Assembly: GCA_907165135.1 (NCBI GenBank)
Contig: OU015568.1
Location: forward strand, 11,966,001 to 12,030,000
Length of the DNA stretch: 64,000 bases
Origin: Oikopleura dioica
Lineage: Eukaryota; Animalia; Chordata
Reading direction: 5' to 3'
This document shows positions 13,432-25,400 of the stretch, piece by piece (position 1 is the first letter of the stretch; the number at the start of each line of letters is the position of its first letter). The notes under the pieces are model-generated. The model was not told the DNA's origin and did not search any database. It worked only from the letters and a program-made list of their open reading frames with translations. Made by a program: the position numbers and the translations under genes.

Positions 13432-16400
13432 TCATACAGAAGATAAGAAAAGAGCCGCGCCAGAGAGAAGCCATGGTGATGCGTCAGATCCAAGACCGCT
13501 GAGGACTGCTGGGCATATAAGATTATCGCGGTGTTGATCTTAAAACCATTAATTTCGGCTAAATAATTTTTTATACCGGAATAAAGAGGGAGCGAAGCTG
13601 AATTATCATCCGCAAAAGAGACTCCCATCGGCGGGAGCTCCACAGTTGACTTTGTGTTGATATCGGCATGGGAAAGCTTCGATCTAAAATCAGCGCCAGA
13701 CAAGACAATCCCCGACACTTTGAGCTTGGCACTAGAAGTTGACAGAGTCAACACGGCGTTAGCAGGGGCGTTTTCGTGCAATTGCAAGGCAGCTATCAAC
13801 GCAGACGGGCGGAACATCATGCTAACATTGAGTGACGACGATGATACTGAATAAATTTGATCATTACAAAGGTCAACAATGCGATGATTTTTACCGGAAG
13901 TAATTAAGTAATTCGTTATTTTCGCCAGCTTGTCCAGGAAGGCTATCGGCTCTTCGGGGCCATCCGAGAACGCTCTTAACCAACTTGAAGGCGTTTCTGC
14001 ATCGAGAATTGCTTGAGCTTCCGCTTTAGCTTTGGAAGTCACTAAACCCCGCAGAGCAGATTCCATGCCATTTATTGAATCGTTGACGACTTTGAAAACT
14101 GACTTCAACAAGCGCTTTTCACCGATTAAAAAGCTCTCTATCGGCTGAGGAGAGGATTGAGACACATCAAGAGCGGATATAGCTTCAATGGTAGATCGAC
14201 TGAATAACCTAGTATTGGGATCTTAGATTCGTTAGACTCCCTCGTCCCCTAAGGTCACTTGCTTATCTAGATCGAGCTTTGCTCGGTCGCCGCCGTGTCA
14301 AAGATACTTTACTCGTTTTCTTCACTCGTCCAGATATAGAGAGCAGGCAAACTACGCTAGAAGTGGGAGATTCAGCAGAAGCTAGGATCCCTTCAGTGGT
14401 ATCAGAGTAGTCCCGTTGGAGAAAAGGTAAATTTTCCGCCATCGACAACCGAAGTTTCGCAACTTGGACGCTGATTGGCCGTCAGCGGAGTCGAGGGGAA
14501 CCGAATCACCAACCGCCACCGCGCCGCCGGAGAAACTCCACTCAGAGAATTTTCCGCGCCGCACCACACCAACACCACCCCGAGCGAGCGCCACCACACG
14601 AGCGCCACCACGACCCACGCGCCGAAAGTCGCGCCCACGCAACCACGCACGCACGCCGGGGAAAACCTAAAATACTCAGAAAAACAGAATTCTTTCGCCA
14701 CTTTTCACCAAAAATCGAGAGAAGTTTACGAAGAATCGACCCTTGGACCAGACCTTGAAATTTCGACAATCGCTGGACAGAGAAATCGTCGGGCGTTTGC
14801 GCAAAAAGGCACCTCAGCTCATCATATTGCGACTTTTAGTCGCAGTATTTTCTGAGGGCCTGAAAGGTAATCCAAGGCCCATAAACCCTTACTGCCGATA
14901 TATTTCGAGCTATGGCGGCGAACAAATCACTGCTAGAAACCGTCACCGAAATAAGAAGCATAAACGATCGAGTAAACTACCTCGAAGAACAAGTGCGAAA
15001 TGACGAATCACTTAAGCCAAGCCTAGAGCCCTTGATCACAGAAAGCAGAGTAAAATTAGAACAGCTCAGTACAACGCTTCTTACCTGCGAGCTCGATCAA
15101 GGAAAAGAATCTACGAATGCTACAATGAGAGAAGAAGCATGGGTGGCCACTACCTGGTCTCGTCACGTCCAAGACTTGCCGAAGCTGGACGCCGCATGCA
15201 ACACATCTTTCAACACCTTCTTGGGCAGAGCCGACATTTATCACCGCGCCTACGTCCGCGACAGACCTTCACGTGAACAGCCTTTCATCGCAGCAGTGTA
15301 CAGCCACTTCGACTTGAACATCGAACGCTCACTTGGAACCGAATTTCTGAATTGTCAAGACTGGAAATCGGCCAAGGCGCTGCTAGAGAAATCATTCGCC
15401 GCGAAGAGTCACTACTTACTGAAGCTAAGCGAAGTTTTCGACGTCGAATACGACCATTCGAAGCCGTTTGCACACTACACCGCCAACGTCTTGCAAAAGA
15501 TGAACGAGGCGAAGCAAGCGACTTTGAACTCTTACCGACAAGAGAAGTCAGCCGACGCCGGGGTCGATGAAATATTCGACATATTCTCGACGATGATGCT
15601 GTACTTGAATCTTAGGAAAGAAGAACCAGACGTTTTCAACGCAATCCTTCCAAGCCTATCAAAAGTTTACGATATCAACGAACTCTGCCGTCTCGCCCAA
15701 TCCACAAGACAGAATCGAGTTGACAGCGCGACCGTCTCCCAGCACTTCAACAGAAATAAGAACAAAAAGAAGAAGAATGCTAAGCGCGCCAGCACCGATT
15801 CTAAGGATGGGAAAGACGATAAACAACCAGAATCCAAGAAGATTAATACGACTAAGAACGTCGAAGATTTCCAACCATTCGATGTTCACTTTTACACAGT
15901 GAAGAAGAAGCGACCAGGAAAGGCTTATTTCGCTTCGGCTACCATCATTACGGGCTCTAAAAGTTTTGACGTATCGATGGAAGTCGACAGCGGAGCCGAG
16001 TCCTCCTGTCTGTCCGCTGCTTACGTTCCCGACAAATTTCTCCAGATGCTGAAGCCCTGCCCCTTCAAGGTCACCGGTTTCAGCCCAAATATCCCCGCCG
16101 AGCAGCCGAGGGGTATCCTTCCCTGCCGCTTATCATTCAATGGTGGCCCTGCATTCTCCTTGAATCTCACCATCATGCCAGGCAGTAAATACCCAAGTCT
16201 ACTGGGCCGCGATATACTAGAGAATGCGATGACGGACAGCTTCACAGTCGACAATAAGAATCGTACTCTCTCATTTTGCTACAACGAAGCCTTCACACAA
16301 ACTGAGACTCAAGTGGTGAAGCTGGACGGAGTGAAGCGGACCAAAATCAAGAAATACTTGACGACTAGATCAGCGGTCAAAGACAGCGATCGGTCCCGCA

Positions 16401-19400
16401 CTCAACCACCACGAGAAGTCCCAAAGCTGGACGCGCCGAACAAGAACGCAGCCAGGTGCCCCATTCAGCTAGCGAAGCAAAAACTCGGAATAACCCTACC
16501 AGCAGACGCAGACCCGGGGCAAAAGAAGATGGTCGCCGAGCTGTGTTTGGAATTCGACGACAGATTCGGCTGCGACGGTCAAAAAATGGGTGAATTCCCG
16601 TTCGAGATCGAAATCCCGACTGATGGTACGAGTCGAAACATCAGTCAACACCCGATTCCGCAAGCTTTTCATGGTCAGGTCAGCGATCACATCTCCGAAC
16701 TGCTCGAAACGAAAATAATAGAAGAGATCAAAGACCAGAAAGGGTTTAACAGCCCGGTATTGCCTATTCCTAAGAAATCTGGGGAAATGCGCTTCTGCAT
16801 CAACTACAAAAACAGCCTGAACAAATGCCTCTCCGACAAATCCGACCCTTACCATCTCCCAAGCATGGAGGATACGATTGCGAACATTGGACCGGGCAAT
16901 AAGTTTTTCGCCACAGTTGATCTACGAAGTGGATATTGGCAGTGCCCTGTAAAGAAAAGCGACAGGTACAAGACTTCCTTCCAGTGGGGTGGGAAATCTT
17001 ACGCCTTCTGCAGACTACCATTCGGTTATCGATGCTCGGGGAATATATTCTCGCGCGTCGTAAACACAATTCTCGACTCAAGCCCCACCAGGAAAAAGAT
17101 GCTTTCTTATATCGATGACATAGTGTGTTTTGGGAAGACTTTCAGCTGCTATTACAACACTCTCCGAAACCTATTCATCGCGCTCCGCAAGTTTAACGCT
17201 AAACTCAAGGGCGAAAAGTGCTCTTTCCTACAATCCGAAGCTCACTTTTTGGGCCGAATCATCAACGAAGATGGAATCAAACCGGACCCTGCGCAAGTCT
17301 CCGCTCTTCGTCAGATGAAACCCCCACGCTCCCAAAAGGAGTTAGCTTCATTAATCGGGTCATTGAATTGGATCCGAGGTTTTCTAGAAACGAAAATGGG
17401 CGAAGCTATTTCATCCGGTTGCTTCTCGAGCAGAATGAAGCCCATAAACGATGTTCGAAATTCGGCGAACGAAACAAATTGTTTCAAGTGGACCAAAGAA
17501 GCGGATTTGGCGCTCAAGGAAATTCAACGACGACTCTCCGAGACTCCAGTCATAAGTTTTCCTAACTTTGACGAGTCTTTTCATCTCTACACAGACGCGA
17601 GCCTGTACGCAGCGGGTGGCGTCCTGCTACAAGAGTATGGCGGGAGAGTGCACCTAGTAAGCGCGATTTCCCACACCTTCAACAAAGCTGAAAGAAAATG
17701 GAACACTTCAGAAAAGGAAATGTTTAGCATTGTCTGGTGCTGCGAGCGACTGGAAAAGCTCCTGAAAGGTAGATTCTTTCAGATTCACACAGACCACCGA
17801 TCTTTGATCTTCCTACACAAAAAGAAGTTCAAGAATTCTAAAATAAGCCGATGGCAAAGCCGATTGGAAGAATTCGATTTTCACATTGTCTACATCAAGG
17901 GATCAGAAAATCAATTCGCCGACTTTATGAGCCGCAGACCTGGCGAGGACGACAAATCACTTGGATACGACTCTGAGTTTCCCGTTGGTCGCGAGTACGA
18001 AATCGACAAGAATTCACCAGTACGTGTCTTCGTCCCTTTCTGGAACGAAAATCAGTTTCCGGAGAAAATCACTTTATCAGAGGTGAAGATACATAAGGTA
18101 AACGTCAAGGCTATCGCGGCGCCAATGGAGATTCCGTTGGTGTCAGCGAATTATAATAACATTCTGGACTATCAAAGGGAGGACTCTGCTCTGAGTGCAA
18201 TCATCACTTTTCTGGAATCTGGTAAGGAGCCACTGGACATAAAATCGCTGGTGAAGGACTCCGACCACCGACAATCGTCTCTACTCAAGATGGAAAAAGC
18301 TCTGTTCCTGGATAACACTACCGGGTGCTTGATGTGTCAATTCAAATCTGGCGCGCGGGCGGTGGTACCGGAAGCGGTAAAAGTCACTTTCTCTTTCTAG
18401 CTCACGACTTGTCCGGTCATCTGGGCGAGCCGCGGACTTTAGAGCGATTAGAGGACGTTTGGTGGCCTTCATTTCAAGACGATGTTTCTAACTACGTCCA
18501 CAGCTGCGTCCCTTGCCTACGCAGAAAAGGATCTGCTGGAACTCGTACCAAACCGCCACTTGGAACCCTTCGTCGTGGAAAAACAGCTGGCGAATCGATT
18601 CAGATCGATTTCGCTTGTATGCCTCCCGCTGGCGGATTCAAGTATTATTTGGTGGTGGCGGACACTTTCTCTCGCTACACTTGGTGCATTCCGACGCGGT
18701 CCGACACTGCTATCCGCGCTGCAAAAGCGCTCATCTACAAGGTCTTCCTTCCCATGGATTTCTTGCCGAAACATCTACACAGTGACAGAGGTACCCACTT
18801 CTGCGCAAGCGTGATTGACGAAATGTGTAAGCTTAACCAGATAAAACATACAATAAGTACCGCATTTCACCCTCAATCAAACGCTTTCGCAGAAAGAGCG
18901 AATCGGACTATCAAAAACAGTCTATTCTGCATGGTCAACTCATCTTCCGGTCGAAAAACTTGGGCCGACTGCGTTCCCCACGTGATGCGCGCGCTCAATA
19001 GTGTGAAAAACAAAAGCACGAAAATTTCACCGCGAGAAGTTTGGTTTGGCCGAAAAAGTACTTTCACCCACTCTACTGGCGCAGAAATGACAGCGGAAAC
19101 ACCTCAGGTGTTTGGTCTCAATGTGGGAGCTTTAGCGAAATCGGCGGAAGCCATTGTGAAAACTGCGATGGAAGCTGCTGACCGAGCCATGGAGCACAGG
19201 CTGAAAAACGAGCCTAAGCCGAGACCAATCCCCGCTGGCGCTGTCGTGTACATTAAGCGAGAAAACCTGACCGACGCTAAAAGCAAGAAGGAACGCTGGG
19301 TAGGTCCCCTGAAAGCCGTTTCGAGCAACGACTGGGTCGTCATGGTCGAAGATAAAAAAGGACAACGTGATTTCATCCATCGAGAACACGTGGTTCACGC

Positions 19401-22400
19401 CGCAGAACGAAATCACGACTTACGCTGGATTGATTACTACGAGGCCGAGTACGTATTCCCACATTTAACCGAAATCGTTAAGTCGAAAGTCCCACAAAAA
19501 TCGCCTGTTCCTACTTCCAAACCGATGGAAAAGTCCGGGTCGAAGTCGCATGGGGGGAGGAAATCTTCTCAGGTCGCGTCGACTCCGATGGTTGCTATGG
19601 AAAAACCGCCAAGATCATCTCTATCACCTATTTTGGAAAGTAGACGCCGATTGGACATGGAAAATCTGGGAGATACAACCGCTACATCTATTTTGGACTC
19701 GTCGGTAGCTCCAGCCGAGCCGTCAGATCGCTGGTACTCTGGTGGTACTCTTTATGAAACTGCCGAGGACATGTCAGCTGATGCTACAGTGATTTCGGAG
19801 GTTGCTGCGCCCGACAATAGCCATATGTCAGTCGATAAACAAAATTCAACAGTAGTTGAGGGCTCAGCAACTGAAAACAGCAAGAAAAGAACCCGTCCAA
19901 AGTCTTCACCAGATCGTCAATACTCAGCCGGCGCCGATCCGAATGCGACTTTAACCGAAGTTGGAGCAGCTCATCTCCCGAAACATACAAAACGAGCACA
20001 CCGTGAAACGAGGCCCGTCGAACCTCTAAACATCGGCACAAACTCGGGTCAGTCATACGACTAAGCGCAAGTACTGCCCCACTCAGGTCCCCTATTCATC
20101 GACCGGGGCCTGAAAAGGTACGGAAATTATCACAGTTTACCGTCGCCGACGTATTTTGAGTTCTTCTACATGTGCAGCTACTCCTTCATGTCATCACCGC
20201 TCGGACATCACGAAAACTTCGCATCTGATTCAAGCTTTTTCCCAAAAAAGGGTTTTTTAACGCGAATCAGACTGCCTCGACGTTTCGAACCTGCCATGTT
20301 ACTCATCTTACGCTTATACTCCTGCAAAAATCACACACTTTGGCCTTAGAGGACGTTTCAGTCTCATGGGGGGTATTGGGATCTTAGATTCGTTAGACTC
20401 CCTCGTCCCCTAAGGTCACTTGCTTATCTAGATCGAGCTTTGCTCGGTCGCCGCCGTGTATTTCTCTCCATTCGGTAATTCACGCAGTTCGTGAATTAAC
20501 CTCTATTTTACTCCAGCTCGAAATACAGACGTCAAAGATACTTTACTCGTTTTCTTCACTCGTCCAGATATAGAGAGCAGGCAAACTACGCTAGAAGTGG
20601 GAGATTCAGCAGAAGCTAGGATCCCTTCACTAGTGAAATGTTTCACAACATTGGATGCAGCGGATTCCCATTGACTATCCGCATGTTCTGTTTGTCGAGC
20701 GAGAAGGTTGAGCGATCGGATCGATTCTCGGACGAGCTGCTCCGCAAGAGCTTTGCCAGAGTTCTTCGCGAGTCCAAGATGATCAGAATTACGCGAAACT
20801 GGAAGTTTTGCTGTGTAGCTCAATGCATCGGCCTTGGACTTGACAGAGATCATCTTAGGGAATTTTCCGAAGGATGGACCGTCACGTGACATCGTTTCAT
20901 TCACCATGAGTCGCAAAAGATTGCCATCAAAAGGATTGTGCATTCGACTTCCGTAGATGACTCCCTCGAGCATCTTCTCTGTGATTCCGGGGCGATTCCG
21001 CATCTTTGCAGAAACAGCAAGAGCCGCTCGGATATCGGCGACTGTAAAATCGTACTCTTGGCTCCAACCAAGAGTTCCAAATCCCTTTCGCTCAAGAATA
21101 AGTGAATGGAGAAGTGACAGCTGAAGATGATCAGAAGACATTCGAGAGGGCCATAAGTCGCTGATGCGCTCCATGCTTCTTCTGAGACCAGGAGGAGCTT
21201 CGACGCACATCTTAACTGAGCGCCGAAGAATCGCTGGTGAAAATGTTGAAACAGATTCTGAAGTTAACCACAAACGGAAATCTTCGTGAATATCAGGCGC
21301 AGCGAGGTCCCCTTCAAGCTTTTCAAGCCAGCTGGATGCCAAGTGACAGTTTTTCAACAAAAGCCATTTCCCAGAGCGCAGACATTCTTTGAACACGCTA
21401 AATGTCGCATCGTTGTCCTCTTCTAAAGCCGCCTCGACCAGTGCTTGGCCCTGTGCCTCGGCTAATCCAGCGATGTCATTGGAAGGATCAGCGCCGCCAG
21501 AGAGAATAAAAAGCTTTGGTGTGTCAGCACCACCGACTTGAGAGATGAATTCCATCGCGCCAAGGCCAGATTCAGGCATGTCTGCAATGCGCGATATTAA
21601 ATTTGAAGCAGAAGCGGCGAAACGATCAGGTCTTCGCTGAGCGATAACCGCCATTTGCTCAACCTTTAATGAGGTGTCTATTTTCAATAATATACTGATT
21701 CGATATTGAAATTCATAATTAACAAATAATATTTGTCAAATATATTCGAAATAACAGAACCTTCCCTTCGAAAAATTGCCACCTTTTGGACTTTCATTTT
21801 CTGGATATTCACCGGCGAGCCATGAAGAAAGCTCTCTTTCGCTTGCAGAGAGCTTTTGTGAGAACTCTCGATGCCCCGAAGTCATAATATTAAACCAGTC
21901 CTGACTGGGGAACTCTCTCGGGAATAGTGCTGCGACGAGATGAAGTGATGCTGAAACTTCATGATCTTTTGAAGCCATGTTTTGAACAAAACTGACTACG
22001 AGCTTGATGAATTCTGATTGTAGTTTGTCTACTGGCTTCTGATGGTACTTTTTGAGGATATGATCGAACATGACTGTAATACAGTGCAAGCCAGTTGTGT
22101 ACATGACATCCAAGCTTTGGATGTCTTAGGTGGGTTTCAAAATTACCGGGGCAAAACTACTTTTGCTGTATTTCCGACCAGAGTCATTCAAACCCAGACA
22201 TCCATATATGAGTCGACTTAGAATTTTATGATCTTTGTCTGGAACATTGGAATTTCCGATAACTCAAGAATTGTCGGATTTTTTATCGGTTTTTCCTAGT
22301 TTTTGAGTTATCGGAAAGTCCAATGCTCTAGCAAAAGAGCAGAAAATTCTGAGTCGATACATATATAGATTTCTGGGGTTTGTATGACTCTGATCGAAGC

Positions 22401-25400
22401 TAGAGGGAAAGTAGTTTTGCCCCGGTAATTTTGAAACCCACCTTGGATCTGAAAGAAACTCGTGGCTGCCGATGATGCCAGTGGCGAGTATTTGTTCCGC
22501 TCGATTGCGAGTTCTTCTTTGATTCTCGAGTTCTCATCGAGTGTTTGTTTGATCTCCTTGGCAGATTTCTTCGAGCTTTGGAGGCTGCTGATGAGCTTGT
22601 CGTTGTCAAGAATATTTCCCTCTGATTTGATGAGAGTTTCGAGGAGATCATTTTCAATTTTGATGATTTTGAGACGCAAGTCTTCTTCCTTCTTGACAAG
22701 TGTAGTCATTTTCTCCTCGAGTTCTGGCTGTTCAGCGCGCAGAGCGACGGACAATAGTTGATGTTCAAGACCTTTTCTAGTCATTGAGAAAATAACAGGG
22801 TTCGCAAGGCCAGATATTGATGGTAAATCATCGTATGTAAGAGTTTTTGATGCAAGGAGCAGTTTGAAATTGGGATTGATATCAATCACTTTGTCGCTGA
22901 TTTTGATGCTTGGTCGGGTGCCAATTGTGTGTACATTTGCTTTCAAGACTTCCACGATGAAAGCGGAAAGTTTGGTGATATTCTCAATCATCAACGTTTT
23001 ACCAAATCTTAGAGCAAGTTCGACACTTGACTGGAAAGCATCTGAATGCTCATCTACAGTTTCTATCTTTTGTTCGGCAAAGTAGGCCTTGAGGAAAGTC
23101 TGCGCCCGACCGGATTGATCGATGATCATGGGCGTTTTGGAGAATGACATGAGACTTTCTGTATTTTCCAAAGACAACTGATCGTTTGGCATGCCTTTGT
23201 GGTGATATTCAAGAAGCTTAGCTTCAGTAGAAAGGAATTCGAGGAGTTTGAAGTCTTGGCAATTGTAGCGGAGTTTCCAATCGCTAAATACTTTATTTCT
23301 CTCGACCTCGTGACGGCAAGACAGATAGACAATATGCGCTGCAGCGAGAAGAGATTGGATCGGAAGTTGAATTTGGGTCGTCTGCAGATTTTTAAGTCCT
23401 TCCTTCCATCTCGATTTTTCTTTCGACAAATCTTTTATCAACTTTCCAGCCTTGTGCAATCGCTTGTTCGCGTCTTCTAGGCGGTTTTCAAGTCTGGCTG
23501 CTTCGGAGGTTTTTTGTTCGAATTCACCGCGGAGCACGGCAACGCGTTCTTCTACAGTCGCTATTCCACTTCCTAGTTTCTCAACTTGCAATTCGGCAGC
23601 TCGGAGGCCTCGCAAGAGTTTTTGCTCCTCCTGCTCTAGCGGTGCGATGCGCTCGAGGACTGCTGCGTATTGCACATTCGCTGTTACCCATGCAGCCAGA
23701 GGGGCTGCAGCTACTGAAGCTCGTTTTGCAACGTCTGCTTGGAAAGATTTGGCTTTCTTTTGCATCAAAGCTTCAACAGCTTCTCGTGAGGAAGGAGGAG
23801 TGTTTCTCGCATCAAACTCTCGGATATCGTCCTTTACACCTCGTTTGCCAAGGAACTGCTTCATTCCTGTCCAGGAAGTATCATCATTTCCCATCAGCTT
23901 GAGTACACCTTCCAAAATATCTCGAATAACTTCAGGTGGAGCTCTCAAGTGTCGGATTTCATTGAGCGACGAAGTCTGGATATTGCCAACAGCTTCTTTT
24001 GCTTCATCAATGAGCGGCTGAACTTCACTCAATTCAGCTTCGATCTTTGCTTTTCGACGGTTGATATTTTCGCGTTCCTTGTCCGCGTCTTTCTTACGCT
24101 TCGACATTTCATCTTTTTGCGTTTCCGCGCCGCCCATCGCTTCTTGGATTGCTTGTAGAGCTGCATCAGCTTCTTCTCGTTTTAGTTTCAGAACCTTCTG
24201 CTGCTCAACAACATCCTTTTCGAGCTCTGCAACAGTCTTCCCTGCTTCTGCTAGTTTATGCAGACCAGTTTCCAGTTTAGTCGTCCGTTCAGTAAAGCTG
24301 TTCTTTTTGTTGTCGTAAATTTCGGAGATCGCTTTCAAGAACACTGCATATTGGGCTGGATTCCAACCGTGATCTCGGTGCAATTCTACCGCATGACCTG
24401 AAATTGTCTCTGTTCCTTCTCCAAGAGACAGTCTTTTGTTGGCGACGCTTCTCAGCGTCTCATGTGACCATCGCTGAAGAACGATAATTTTCGACTTTTT
24501 CGTCAGCGCTGGGCATTGATTCCAACACTCTGAGAGTGCCTTACTTCCCGTTTCTAGGGATAGAACTAGGCGGATGTTTTCTTTTGCTCGTTTGACAAAG
24601 AGATCTGTCGCAGTCATGCTCATTGCGCTTGCTTCAGCACGCAGTTGACTTTGATCTATTTCTTCCGCTGACCAAAGACCTGGGACTGTTCCCTGTGCAA
24701 GAAGAGAATTAGCGTAGACGTAAATTTGTCCATTCTCAAGGTGATGTGATTCGATAAGAATCACTACAGACTTGTTTTCAATAGAAGCAGCGCCAAGAGC
24801 GGTGCGGAAGAAATTCTTGACAGCTTTATCAGTGACATTCGTTACCGATGGGGACATTACGTCAAAATGGAGTGAATAGGCGCCTAGCTGGACAGAAGTT
24901 CGACGGCCAGATCCTGATGGACCGATAAGTACGATGTTGCCACCTTTATTTGATAGCTGAGATGTCACCGATACGATGGATTGCGTGAGTTGCTGCGATA
25001 AGACAAGCCCGCCAGTCGGCAAGTCTCGAATTTCACGTTCGAAGTTGCCTGCCGTTTCAAGCAAGCGCTTTTGCAGATCATTCATATCCATTGCATGCAA
25101 CTTTCCGTCTCTCTTAGGAAAGAAAAGCTCTTTCTCCATAGTTGCTCCTTGGAATGCTGTGTCGTAAATTCGCTCGTGATTTTCATCAATCATTCTGTCG
25201 CGGAAAATCCGATCAGCTTCAAACTTCCATATTGCCCAATGGTTTTTGCTCTTGAAGCTTTGACATGCTTTTGCCCACTGATTGAGATGACTCAAGGAAA
25301 AATTGTAGTGTGGCGCTTCCTTGGGTCCCAATTGCGCGGTCAAATTCGAGAAAGCGCGAGCAGTACTATGCGACATATCGTCGTACGGACCATTTGGAAA

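Larger units (their letters stand above)
14213..20629 (+). mobile_element. Full-length Ty3/gypsy LTR retrotransposon (Tor-like), no env ORF seen
   Basis: Two direct LTRs, 4-bp TSD CTAG (14209-14212 and 20630-20633), PBS, PPT and the order gag-PR-RT-RH-IN. Confidence 0.96.

Noticed and set aside
14263-15003. Overlapping ORFs in the retrotransposon LTR and leader
   Set aside because: By-products of the C/A-skewed leader; no recognisable protein features.
18370-18400. Programmed ribosomal frameshift between RNase H and integrase
   Set aside because: No X XXY YYZ slippery heptamer. One extra A in the A4 run repairs the frame, like the other homopolymer errors in the window.
20100-20135. Hammerhead ribozyme in the retrotransposon 3' UTR
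   Set aside because: CUGAAAA does not fit the CUGANGA core, and stems II/III cannot be formed.
20458-20530. The 73-bp LTR gap as a spliced-out intron
   Set aside because: No register of the deletion gives GT-AG (or GA/GC-AG) ends on either strand.
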